Assembly: GCA_977016875.1 (NCBI GenBank)
Contig: CDRNST010000214.1
Coordinates: forward strand, 4,216,001-4,280,000
Length of the DNA stretch: 64,000 nucleotides
Reading direction: 5' to 3'
DNA from: Pavona decussata
Taxonomy: Eukaryota
Under the pieces are notes generated by a model, which did not search any database, was not told where the DNA came from, and was given only the letters and a program-made list of their open reading frames with translations. Below, one piece after another: positions 13,301 to 24,000 of this stretch (position 1 is the first letter of the stretch; the number at the start of each line of letters is the position of its first letter). Position numbers and translations under genes: made by a program.

Positions 13301-16164
13301 AAAGGAAAATTCGTCATCGTGTTTCTGTCCTCCATAAAAATCCAATCAGGAAATTTCACGTCATAGTCGTGCAGTAACGGTAAAGAAGTTTACCAAGTAA
13401 TGTAATGCAAGTTCACACTCGTTGCTGTCGCCGTAGCTTAAGTTCCCTATTTGCGTCGTGAAACAAAACGTTGTTTTACCTGATGGAATTAAGAAGTGCC
13501 AAAAGCAATGTTGCCAGTTCCTAGTCTATTCTGGTTTTTACTTACCCGCCACCCTGAACCGCAATCAAACTTGAAATTAGTACTCAACGCCTCTCCACTC
13601 TGAGGTTGCACGCCACAGCTTCCTACATGGGGTCGGCCGTTCATTGTAAAATCATAATCAGCCATTCCATCAGGGCTGTTATTTTGTGTCACGGTGACTT
13701 TAAATCGGTAATACAGAGTTCCGCGGAGTTGCTTTTCTTTCAAGACCATGACGGGGAGATTGAGGTCAGTTTTCATTTTGGCACGAGTCAGGCTTATTTC
13801 TTCCATCTCATAACCAAGAGAATCCACTCTGATAAGCGTCCAATGATATTGCGCCGTGTCGCACGCATGCCCAGTACACGTGGTTGACAGGCTAATGGGA
13901 AATAACGTATTTGTCGCCATTGGGTTGCAGTTTTTATGACAACTGAAAAAAAAAAAATAAATAAATAAACATTGATAGTGACGCCAGTCCCTAGCCTGCG
14001 TAGCAGTCGTTTCCATTTCCTTTTAGCCAGGCGGGGCAAGCGCGCGAGGGCATTGGGCAAAAGGGGCAAAAAAAGTAGGAGCGGCGGGGAGGGGCGCCCC
14101 TCCCCCCCTCCCCCGCTCCTAATTTTTTGCTCCCTTTTGCCCAATGCCCTCGCGCGTCTTTTCGTGCTCAAAGGAAACGGAAACGACTGCTACGCAGGTT
14201 ACGCCAGTCCCCTGAGACACTCACCATATAACCACTATTAGTAACACTAATAATACATCTCATACATCTGTACCAAATTTTTCAAAAAAACATAAACGCG
14301 AATTTCACGTTTGCTGTTTGCTGTAGACGCGATTTTAAATCTCTCTATCATGGCAAGCATAACAGCAAGCGGCTGCTCCGAATACAAGTTCATAGCGAGT
14401 CGGAGCGAGGCTCGCAACGCGGAAGTGAGGTACATACCTCAGCAAATTTGGCAATAATCAGGAGAACATAGACAACAAAAGTCCAATGCCTACTTACTTG
14501 ATCGTCACTTCCGGTGGGATACCGCTGACAATCTTTATCGTTTGTTCATAGTTAGCTTGACGACTTTCCTTTGTGACGATGAGTTTGATGTCATAGGAAG
14601 ATCCCACAGTCAGGTAACTCGAGTTCAAAGAAGTTATGATGTCACTGCCGTTAAGTCTGCCAACGCCATTTCCAAAGCAGCCGCCACTGTTACTTGGACC
14701 AGAGTTTGGCGTCACAATAGGAATATCAGAAACGTGGGAGAAATACGGAAAACTTTCATATTCTCCTTTACACAACCACGTGATCTGCAGTGGTGAGTCG
14801 AATCCAGGCCCCTGGTCAGGGTCTCGACTTGGCGATCCATTTAAGATAATGGCTGTGCCGTGTGATCGTGTTACTTCGCGTCCCCCTACTATACCAGCAA
14901 CCAGTGGTGATTTGAGGATTGTAATCCATCCAAAAATTTCAAAGAATAACCCGTTAGAGGGCATGACCACCTTAAAGTAAATTTTCTTAAGGCCGTAGTT
15001 TAATGTGTTTTTGGGCAGCTTGAGTTCCGTGGAAGGAGTATTAATAGTCTCCTGGTGAGGAATGGAGACTCCATTCTCGTCGATAGTGTAACTCCATACT
15101 ATCCACGTTACTCTTGGATACGTTGTGACGCAGTTTGGCTCAGATACAATGATGCCTCGCAAGATAATATCTTGAGAACGACGGAAAGAAATTACATCTG
15201 CTTGAATAGTGGGGAACCACTCCGGAAGGGCAACATCAGGAGGGAAACAGTTATCTAAAGTAAACAACAACAATTACATAAAGCCTTGTTCAGACTAATG
15301 ACGACAGACAATTTTCTGTAAACAAAAAAAGTCTTCCGGGGGGATACTCCCTATACTGGATTATACTTGCAGGCTCCACCCGAAGTGGGATCGAGGAGGG
15401 GTGCCTTTTGCTCTCCTCGTAGCATGCGGAAAAGGAGCGACATTTCAATTTTTAGCATTTTAAAGGGTCGCAAATTAAAATAGACTGTATTTCTAAAGTG
15501 TAGCAGTAAAGGTGCTCACAACAATATCCAGCTCTTTCTAGCACTTACACTTTGAGAGCCCGACACTACCACTCTTTATCAGTTAATACCACAATAATGC
15601 TATCAAAACCAAATGCCTAATCATTGGCGAACAAAAGATGGAATAATTTGATGTAATAGGTTACGATATCAACAGTATAACCTGTTTTAACTCAAAAACG
15701 ACCCTCATTTTTTTAATATGGAACTGTGATCAGCCTGTCATCTCAGATGCAACATTTTTCAAAGTTTAATTTAAAAAAAAAATGCAGGGATTGGTTTATA
15801 GCAGTCTCAACTGAACCCTCCTTTCGTAACAAAGTTGGGGGTCACCGAGACATTTTTTTGTAGTTATAACCACACCACTTATTTTGAGTGGTAGTATTGA
15901 TCCGTCAAAGTATAAGTGATGGAAACTAGCCACCTTAAAGACCAGCATACGGATTTTCAATTTATTATAGGTGAGTCTTAATAGAGGAGAGGAGGAGGAG
16001 GAGGAGGAGGGGGGGGGGGGTTTACTTTGTAGAGCTTTTAAAGTCAATGATAAAATTAAAATAATGAAAGAAATATAACTGAATAAAATGGTATAACTAA
16101 AAAAACCGAATAAATAAGCGTAAGTTTAAAAGCGATAATCTTACCGTCTGGCCACTCCATCCAT
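831..16164 (-). CDS. Polycystin-1/PKD1-like (PKD1L/PKDREJ family) REJ + GAIN/GPS protein with tandem modules; 3' part continues beyond the left edge
   Basis: All exons are GT-AG, phase-compatible and stop-free: 14498-15254, 13546-13942, 12407-12601, 11332-11496, 10416-10541, 9456-9641, 9003-9257, 7298-7573, 6139-6507, 4852-4960, 3603-4362, 2116-2503, 1655-1855, 831-1001. REJ motifs: SPLVAxIxGG...LNGxxSRDPD, WLC, GGCFG, NxPPHxGxCxVxPxSGEAxxTxFxFxCxGW, LTYxF. GAIN/GPS motifs: FNPFTWD...SPVLS, CQSWNRTNEIWTSHGCRV, HCLCDHLSPFGG. Tentative 5' exons at 16145-16173 and 15549-15616 (see findings). Confidence 0.88.
4852..15254 (-). CDS. Module 1 of the PKD1-like gene: REJ-GAIN-GPS, 10 exons, 2835 nt (945 codons)
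   Basis: Exon sizes are 757, 397, 195, 165, 126, 186, 255, 276, 369 and 109 nt. The module begins and ends at phase-1 introns. The last exon (4852-4960) encodes VGSGSNRTSLHCLCDHLSPFGGSYMMIPITLLSDPE. Confidence 0.85.
8001..8290. mobile_element. Long-TIR MITE (Tc1/mariner-like), internally deleted copy nested in another repeat
   Basis: TIRs of ~60 bp (CACTCGATTGCAAAAACGTTGA..CTAAAAAGCATAAACC..GAACGATGAGACCCAA). Same family as 20137-20571, in the opposite orientation. Confidence 0.75.
8540..8775. mobile_element. MITE (Harbinger-like), degenerate
   Basis: Imperfect TIRs GGGCGCTT..TTAGAACTGGCCGGCC / GGCTGGCCAGTTCTGAC..AAAGCGCCC. Confidence 0.5.
10998..11276. mobile_element. MITE
   Basis: TIRs GGCCCGTTTAAACGGTTTCAACATTTGC / GCAAATTTTGAAACCATTTAAACGGGCC; internal TTCAAC/GTTGAA repeats. 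Confidence 0.7.
13152..13449. mobile_element. MITE family TAGGGAGCTT...AAGCTCCCTA (partial relatives at ~31520-31747 and ~38155-38290)
   Basis: TIRs TAGGGAGCTTTAG / GCTTAAGTTCCCTA. The internal CGTCGTCG/GTTGCCG and GAAATGTACCAAAATGTAAAACGCACG-type motifs are shared by the other copies. Confidence 0.65.
13992..14201. mobile_element. Foldback MITE with TAG..(C/T)TA ends and a 10-bp TSD (Academ/AcademH-like, non-autonomous)
   Basis: TIRs TAGCCTGCGTAGCAGTCGTTTCC.TTTCCTTT / AAAGGAAACGGAAACGACTGCTACGCAGGTTA; almost the whole 210 bp is palindromic. Perfect TSD CGCCAGTCCC at 13982-13991 and 14202-14211. Confidence 0.85.
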
Positions 16165-16289
16165 TTTCCATTTCTGTAAACATAAGATCCTCTTTTACTG
16201 CGGCTTGTTTCATTCATTGATTACAGTGGAGAGACTCCTTTGATCACCAAACAATGAGGAAAGTCACAAACATTAGGGAAATGTGCAAA

Positions 16290-16547
16290 CTCAATTAACA
16301 CACCTTACTGCATCAAGTGCCTTTTACGGCTGACAAACCTGTGGCCCTCATATCCCGGTTCGAATTGGAATTTGGAAATGCTGGTTTTTGAGGAGAGGGG
16401 AAAACCGTAGTACCCGGAGAAAAACCTCGTGGAGTAAGGACGCAAACCTACAACAAACTTAACCCACATATTACGCCGAGTCTGGGAATCGAACCCAGGC
16501 CACACTGTTGGAGGCGAGTGCTCTCACCACTGCGCCATCCCTGCTCC
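16290..16547 (-). mobile_element. tRNA-derived SINE with V-domain-like core
   Basis: Minus strand: GGAGCAGGGATGGCGCAGTGG (A box), GGTTCGATTCC (B box), then GGTTTTTCTCCGGGTACTACGGTTTTCCCCTC, which resembles the conserved central motif of V-type SINEs. The 3' end is approximate. Confidence 0.8.
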
Positions 16548-17045
16548 GTGTTCACCTCTAGGAACGAGATTGATCACCACGTCGAAGCATTTTTCACCGA
16601 CCGGGAAAATCCTATTTTCCGGCCTCTGCATCGGTTCAATATTTTGTCTTTCATAGTCCTATCGCGATCGCCTACAACCTCAAACCATCACAGAAAAAAT
16701 AATATGAAAAACGGAAAAAGAAAAAACGGGGAGGAATAGAAAAGACAATGTAAGGCTAGGGACGCCTTCTATTTAGTCGGTTCACCCTGTTGTAATGCCA
16801 GACATTACCGCCTCATTTACACAAAATTTCGATTTCCATTTGAACTGAAAATTAACGCGGATCTTTGTCTAGATGGAAAAAAGCCTTTTAATTTTACATG
16901 GAAAGTTTCCAGTGGAATTTCAAACTGAAATTTACCCGGTAGAGTGGATCAAACGGAATTTTTTTTCCGGAACAAGCAGACGGAGGTACTCCACTCTTTC
17001 CTCCAGAATACTGTGGCATTTGCACTAAATTTTCATTTCTATCAG

Positions 17046-17287
17046 GGCCGGATTGTTCGAAAGCCGATTAACGCTTATCTACGATTGAAAGTTAATCGAG
17101 GTTTTTTTTATCTCGCTCGTTAAAAATGGTTTTGAAGGCTAATTTCAAGCTCAAGGTAAAGAAAAGTCTCAGTCAAAAGTGAGGGCCAAAAATCTTTTGG
17201 AAGAATCGTTATTGATTAGTTATTAAACTCGAACCAAAGTTCACGTCAATCCAGGATTAGGTTAATCGGGCTTTGAGCAACTGAGCC
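17046..17287. mobile_element. MITE (PIF/Harbinger-like) with CAG TSD
   Basis: TIRs GGCCGGATTGTTCGAAAGCCGATTAAC / GTTAATCGGGCTTTGAGCAACTGAGCC, with CAG on both sides. Confidence 0.7.
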
Positions 17288-19478
17288 CAGTTTATTGTCT
17301 TCTTGCGCCATTGTTGTGCCATCCGTGAGCTTTTTGATCTACCAACGAGCATGAGATTGCCAGTTTGGAATGATTGGGAAAAAAACTACAGAAAAATTCT
17401 TTTTTTTTTGGCAAGGAAAGTTGCATTTTGGCGAAATTTCCAACCGAAAGCGTCCCCTACGCTAATAACTCAGTCATAACCAATCAAAAGCTAGCAAATA
17501 TGACAACAGCCAATCAAATTCGGTAACAAAAGAAAAGCGCTACTTCATTGAAATTGGTTTGTTTGCTTGCTTGTAGTCATGCTATTTCATTCCATAGAAT
17601 GGACATCCTTCAGAATTAGGGGAAAAACTGTTTATTTAGGGAGACTGGGAATCTAAAAATGTCTGGAAAGAAAGGCAAGAAACTTCGGGAGCAGCAAATA
17701 CTCCATTCATTCGAGCAATCTTATCACTCCTGTTGAAATCATTGTTGTTTGGAAAGTGATCAACAGAGACCGGTAAGTTAAGATTTTTTCGCTTGATTTT
17801 AAAAGGAAAATTTACGGAAGAGTTTCCTTAACCGATAAGAACATTGGAAAGTGCAATAAACGGCGGCCTTGTATTACTTTTAGAGTAACTTTTGTGTAAA
17901 ATCATAACTGTCCGCGTTCACTTGATCTAGTATTAAGAAACTTATAAAGGCTTAAGCTTAACTTAATTTGGCTTAATGTTTTCGACATCAGAAATCGAGG
18001 CTCAAGTCTTAAAGTGAACCCTTGAGGTAAAGCTTAAATTTAGTATATTCATTTGTGTGAATAATTCGATTCATGACTAGCTGAGCATCAAAGGCGTTTG
18101 AATGAGTTTTGACAGCTTACGTAACAACTTTCATTCAAGCTTTTAAGATCAACAAATTCATCTTTTTTTATATATCGTGCTCTGCACCAACTGATCTAAG
18201 CTTGCTTAATGATCATTTCGTTGACGGTAAAAAAGACTCAACCATAATCAAATAATTATGAACTGTACATACGTTACAAGCTGTTTTTTTAGTCGTCATG
18301 ATAAAGTTTCACGTGGGCTTACCTCGTTAGAGCTTTCCTTGTTGAATTACAGTTATTAGACTATCGTTCTAGTTGTGACATAATTCTCAGGATAGGAATG
18401 TGCATTGAGCTTGTTGTGCATAACCTATCGAGGAGAATATCATTTCTAAACAAATCCCAGCACTTGGCGAGTCGTAAAAACAACAACTTGACCAAGAAAT
18501 AATTTTACGCAGCCACGAAATAGCTGACGTGACATGGCGTGTATAACTGATGCGTCATGCGAACATGTTCGGATTGCGCGAATGTATCTCCCTAAAAATA
18601 CAGAATTAAAGAATATTCATGTATTTGAAAACCGCCTTATTGAATAGTATTTATTTGTTTATTTATGAAATTCGAATGACAAAATTTTCACATGCCGTGA
18701 TACACAAAAACAAAGCCGCTTGCGCTTCTATCGCCTTCATACGAGAAATGAACTGAACAGTAACTGAGAGATTCTCGCATCAAATAATAGAGGTCAGCGC
18801 ATGTTTCCACTTCGTTGAATTTGTCTACGAAAAGTGAACAGTTGCTTTTACGAATAAAAAAATTTGGATATTTCAGGATTTAAGCAATAAATAAATTAAT
18901 TAATTAATAAATTAATAAATAAATAAATAAATTTAAATACACGGAAGGGAGCGGTATTCTGTCTGTAGTGAAAGCGAGCCAGGACAGAGAAACTAAAAAT
19001 TCTGATTCCGAGTGCCCAGGTGCACTCGACAGTTGATGTGTCCCCCAAAAAGAAAAAAAAAGTAGACGACTTTCATCGACAATGCATGCGTTATGTGGGA
19101 AACGACATCTCAGTATCATCTGATTCGTGTCCTTACACTATGTAACAGAAGTATGAGGTTAGGTTCATTTTCAACATCAACCTTCCCCGGATGATCCATG
19201 AAGTGAAGTGCTTTAACAGACTAATTGAAGTGGGTGACTAATCCAGATGGGCCGCCAGTGACAACCTGCAAGTATTTAATAGCTTTAAGGAAGACGAGTC
19301 AAACAAGGCTCGAAAATATCTATCAGGTTTCTTGCTCTCATTTAACCATAACTTTATGCAAACAAGGAAAAGAGTCTTCTATTTCATAAATCGAAATTAT
19401 ACTTTTAAGAGATCAGTCTTTTCTTAAATACTAATTATTTTCACAATAATGGTGAATATATATAAAATATACCTTTAA

Positions 19479-19826
19479 GGACGGTGCCTACTAATACCGA
19501 AGTATTTTTGTCCGGTTTATGACTATGCGGGAAAAGCAGATCTTAGCAAGGGCTACTGGAATCCAAAAAGAAAATTGGGGGTTACCATGCATTTTTCAGA
19601 GATAACTAAGCAATAAAATCTCTAAAAACCACCACAATATAAAGCAATGTATAGGATTTTTTCCTAAATTAAAGCTTAGTTATCTCTGAAAAATGCATGG
19701 TTACCCCCAATTTTCTTACGAGATACCAAAAGCATTTGCTAAGTTTTGCTTTCTCCGTATAGTTTTAAACCGCGCAAAAATATTCCTGTATTAGTAGGCA
19801 CTACCCATAGGACACCCGAGTATCTT

Positions 19827-19871
<45 letters not shown>
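19479..19871. mobile_element. Non-autonomous TTAA-targeting DNA transposon (Kolobok-like MITE)
   Basis: TTAA-GGACGGTGCCTACTA...TAGTAGGCACCGTCC-TTAA, with a large internal inverted repeat. Other copies at 45130-45529, ~33453-33843 (degenerate) and ~9748-9995 (partial). Confidence 0.8.
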
Positions 19872-19876
<5 letters not shown>

Positions 19877-20136
19877 ATATATTGACTTTATTCAGCTAAA
19901 AATATTCTCCCTACATTGTTTGCAACATCTAGTTGATACTGCTAGAGAAAATTGAAAAATGGTATAAATATAACGTTAAGATAAATTTTCATGATCACAC
20001 ATGAAGTACAAAATAAAAGCAAACATTAAATTTAATTTCTATGATATAAGGAGTTTTTTTCTGCCAAACAACCAGTTGCCACTTACAGAGAAACAAAGGC
20101 AATCAAATATTTACTCGTGTTTGTTTTTTTCTTATA

Positions 20137-20571
20137 CACTCGATTGCAAAAACGTTGACACCTAAAAAGAATAAACCGTGAACGATGAGACCCAATGGAT
20201 TTGTGGGTAGTGTTTAAACAATAACCTCATTTCCATAATCAATAATTTACCATATAAAAAATACAGTGCCGACTTAATTCTTCCGAATAATTTTCTACGA
20301 ATTATTGCTTAAGTTCATTGGCTGATTTGAACTTTGGCAAATCGCGAATTGTATATCACTCAAATTGGCCCTTGTTGGCCAACTTGGACACTTTAAGAAT
20401 AACTTGGACAGTTTCCGTCATTCACCACGTGCAACTAATTTTGGTCATCAACCGTCGGACGAGAATAGCATATTATGCAAATAAATTTAGTACACTTATA
20501 CCCATAAAGCCACTGGGTCTCATCGTTCACGGTTTATGCTTTTTAAGTGTCAACGTTTTTGCAATCGAGTG
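20137..20571. mobile_element. Long-TIR MITE with TA TSD (Tc1/mariner-like)
   Basis: TA-CACTCGATTGCAAAAACGTTGACAC...GTGTCAACGTTTTTGCAATCGAGTG-TA; TIRs ~60 bp. It explains the near-identical spurious ORFs 8000-8206 and 20318-20746. Confidence 0.8.
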
Positions 20572-21066
20572 TATAAGGGATCCAGGTGTTCACTCTGCAA
20601 GATTACATTGCATTCACCTCGTCCCCATGCATGGTCTTCGAGATATTCAAAATGGCGGACAGTGGCGAAGAGTGCGGGGACAAACAATTGATTTTCGTCG
20701 CTACACTTTTCGAGGGAACAAATATGGTATTGTTAGTCATATTTGATCCCAAAAAACGTGTAGCGAAGACACTATAAGTGTGTCACATGACTAAATACTC
20801 GATTCGTGGAGAATTTTGTAGCGCGTCCTAGGTCTTCGCCGCCGTCCGCCATTTTGAATATCGCGAAGACTCTTGGGACAAGGTTGAGATCCCCCAGACT
20901 TCTTGGGAGAAACAGGTCAAGTAAGAAAAAGAGCTTAAATTCTCGCCAGTTTGACCTCTTGTTTTCTATTTACCAGGGATAACAGCCGAAGTTTCTGAAA
21001 GGATTTTAAGACCCAGTATTATATCCTTACTGTTCGTAATATCTAGCTCGTTGAGTTATATACATA

Positions 21067-24000
21067 TCAGTTTCCTTGTAGCAAATTATGAGGCAATAAT
21101 TCTCCCGAAGTGTCACTCTTTATGTCACGCTTCTCTTCACAATTGCATTCACATTGATGAACGACGGGATAGCTGAACCTCAGCCACCGACAGGAGATGC
21201 GCGAGGTCTCAGTCCCTCTCCTCGCTTTTTTCCCGCCACGGTTTTTGCAGTGCCATCGTAATAAGGACACGGGGGTTGGTTTTGACGGAACGCACGACAT
21301 ACCATGAGGCCAGGAACACTGCTTTTTCACACAGCGTCCAAACTAAAAAATTGAAAAATAAAATTTAATTCTATGATAATGATTATTATTATTGAGTGTA
21401 TTTCAACACCTGAGTTTGATTTTAAATTTTGATTGGCGCGGACCGATTTGATAAAAATCTGCAGTGCACTGCAACAGATTTTCTGAATCGGGTTGACGTT
21501 TATTTTCATGAATCGGTCGTAAATGTGGTGTCCAGCAGGACATACGATTCGTGCCCCGATACTGTTGACAAATCATAACGATATTGCTGACAAATAACTG
21601 AATAACGGGTGAAAAGATAGAACACAATATAATTTAGAAGTAATAGCACTAAATGCTTGTTTATCTTGGTAATAATTCGATCGACCTTGGTCCAGTTTGA
21701 TAGTGCTTAGAATTTTTCTTATCCAATTACTCCGAAATTGTAATCCAGTTACATTTCGACACTAATTTCCTGGCTCCAAGTGATTTTACCGCAACTTAGC
21801 ACTGTTTAATCGTGTCTGGTTTTGCTAGTTGACCTTAGCGTGACTCGATTTAAAACTGTCACCAGGACTAGTAAAAACAAAAAACGAAGAGTGCGCTTTT
21901 CTGGCATTTCCCCCGGCGAAACTTTTTAAACCTTTGAGTATTTTCCCTTCAAATCGTTAGTCTCGGCCATTTTCACGAGAAAAGTTTACCAAAGGAAATT
22001 CGAGATATGAAATTTTGTAAGGTGCATTCTTTTGGGCAATTCCGGCTTTTCTTTTTCCGGTTCAGGAATATACAGAATACTCTAAATATCAGTTCCCACA
22101 AGAACACAATTCCTCGTATTCCTTTTTAACCTAGACCTTTCCAAAAGAACACAAAGTCTTCTTATTCTGTGTATCTAATTGCATCCCCTCCTGTTTTAAA
22201 CTGTAATGTCTTTTGCCATAGGGTCAGTTTCTAAAATACCCTGAAGAAAGAAAGGGTTTTCCTTTCGAAATTTTGGAAAATATAAATTTCCCTAACCGTT
22301 AAACCAGCTCTCTTTTTGTAGATTATTTGTTCTACAATTTTTTGCTGATTAGATCCTTTACTTCAGGATCCGGTACTTTTATTTTGTTGTGGTGGTCTTT
22401 CCAAACACAGTTATTGGTTTTTACTGAAACTGAATTCCATTCATTCAGAGGCAGAATTCACGGAATGCTATTCTAGATCTGTACATTCCGAAAACAGAAT
22501 AGGTCCCAAAGAACATGAAAACCGTCTTTTCCATATGTTACTATTTGGGAAAAACCCCAAAAGAGCGCCATGGCAACAACCTCTACCACACGAGAAACAA
22601 CGGGAGATTGATTACAAATATCTTAAATACTCAAATACTCGCAACTTGCAAATTTCATGGACAAACACTTGGAAACAAGAAAGCAAGGCTTTCCTTATGT
22701 AACACACGTTAGCCGGTGCAAAAATCATTTGTAAATACTCTAGGGAGCTACCTTAAATTAAAAGGATAGGAACTCGCCGATATTGTGGCGCATTTCAGAT
22801 CAAAATAATTGATCTTTCAAACCCCTTTTCACAGCCTGTGTACTTTCCAATACAGTCCGGGAAAGCCATTTTTAATTTACTTATTTTTCAAATTGGACTG
22901 CATGTAGCTTTCAATAACTTGCTAAAAATCTTATGCACGAGCCATTCGCGTGCTGTCTAATTTGATTAACATGTTAGAAATTCGAATCCGATTTAACCCT
23001 TTAAGCCCCAAAAGTGAGTAGCACCGAATTTTCCCTTTATCAGAATGAAGGAAAATAACAACAAAGATGTGTCGCTTATAACAGATTCTCCCAACTAGCA
23101 GTATAAGAAATACAGAGAGAACGGTGTGGAGAAAATGCACGCATGCCTGTGCTACTTCGGCCACGGTGCACAAATATTTCATATATTTATATCCTGACTT
23201 TAAATATTTGTAATACATCCTTGCTTCTTTTGTAAATAGTTCTAAACAGTTTGAAATAAACTTGACTTGACTTGACGTGGACTCAGAAGGAAAATGACCA
23301 AAAAGGTAAAACTGCAAAAATCCAAAACGACTATAAATTAGGTTTGCTCGGGGCTAAATGGTATGGCTAATACAAGTGTAAACTCCTTATCTGGGGCTAG
23401 AAATCTTAGTTATGCTTTTCAGTATCCTGAAGTATGACCATTCCGGAAGTCCATTACTGTTTATCTCTTCTGAAAATTCCTGTGAGTTTTACTTTAAGCC
23501 TGCATTAATCCGTTATCCAGAATCTCCCAGTTGAGTTTAAAGGGTGAGTGATTTTGTTAATTTCTACGACAACCTTTACCTAGCACCTTTCCCGAGTTGT
23601 TAAAACACTCAAAATGAATGGTTAGAAAAAGCAGCCCCTATACAGGTTTTAACGTACGAGTTTTCCAACGCAAAGGCAAGACTTGATGCAATTGGCCACT
23701 AGTATCAATGGTACAACTTAAAAACAAAAAACTAGGGAGTTTTTTTTTTAAGGTTTCATATAAATAATATATAATGCAAATAGCTCTTGACATTTCAAAG
23801 TGTCACTAAAAATAGCTGACTAAGTCTCTTCAACCTCTTAAGGCCTCTTTATAAGTGCATTCAGTGCTCATGCAACATCGAGATTTTCTATTTAACGATA
23901 TGGAACCCAGCATCAGTAGACAAAATACCTTTCGTTTTACCTTTCGTTTTGTTCATTGAGGAAAAGAGCCTTGGGTTTTCTCAAACGCCTATATGACGCT

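Noticed and set aside
16556-16671. Additional coding 5' exon for the PKD1-like gene
   Set aside because: It has a plausible acceptor and donor but stops in all three full-length frames, and its internal ATG frame does not join the REJ frame. At most it is a 5' UTR exon.
20318-20746. 142-aa ORF resembling ORF 8000-8206 (apparent paralogs)
   Set aside because: Both lie within copies of the same MITE; the similarity is at the repeat level, with no transposase motifs.
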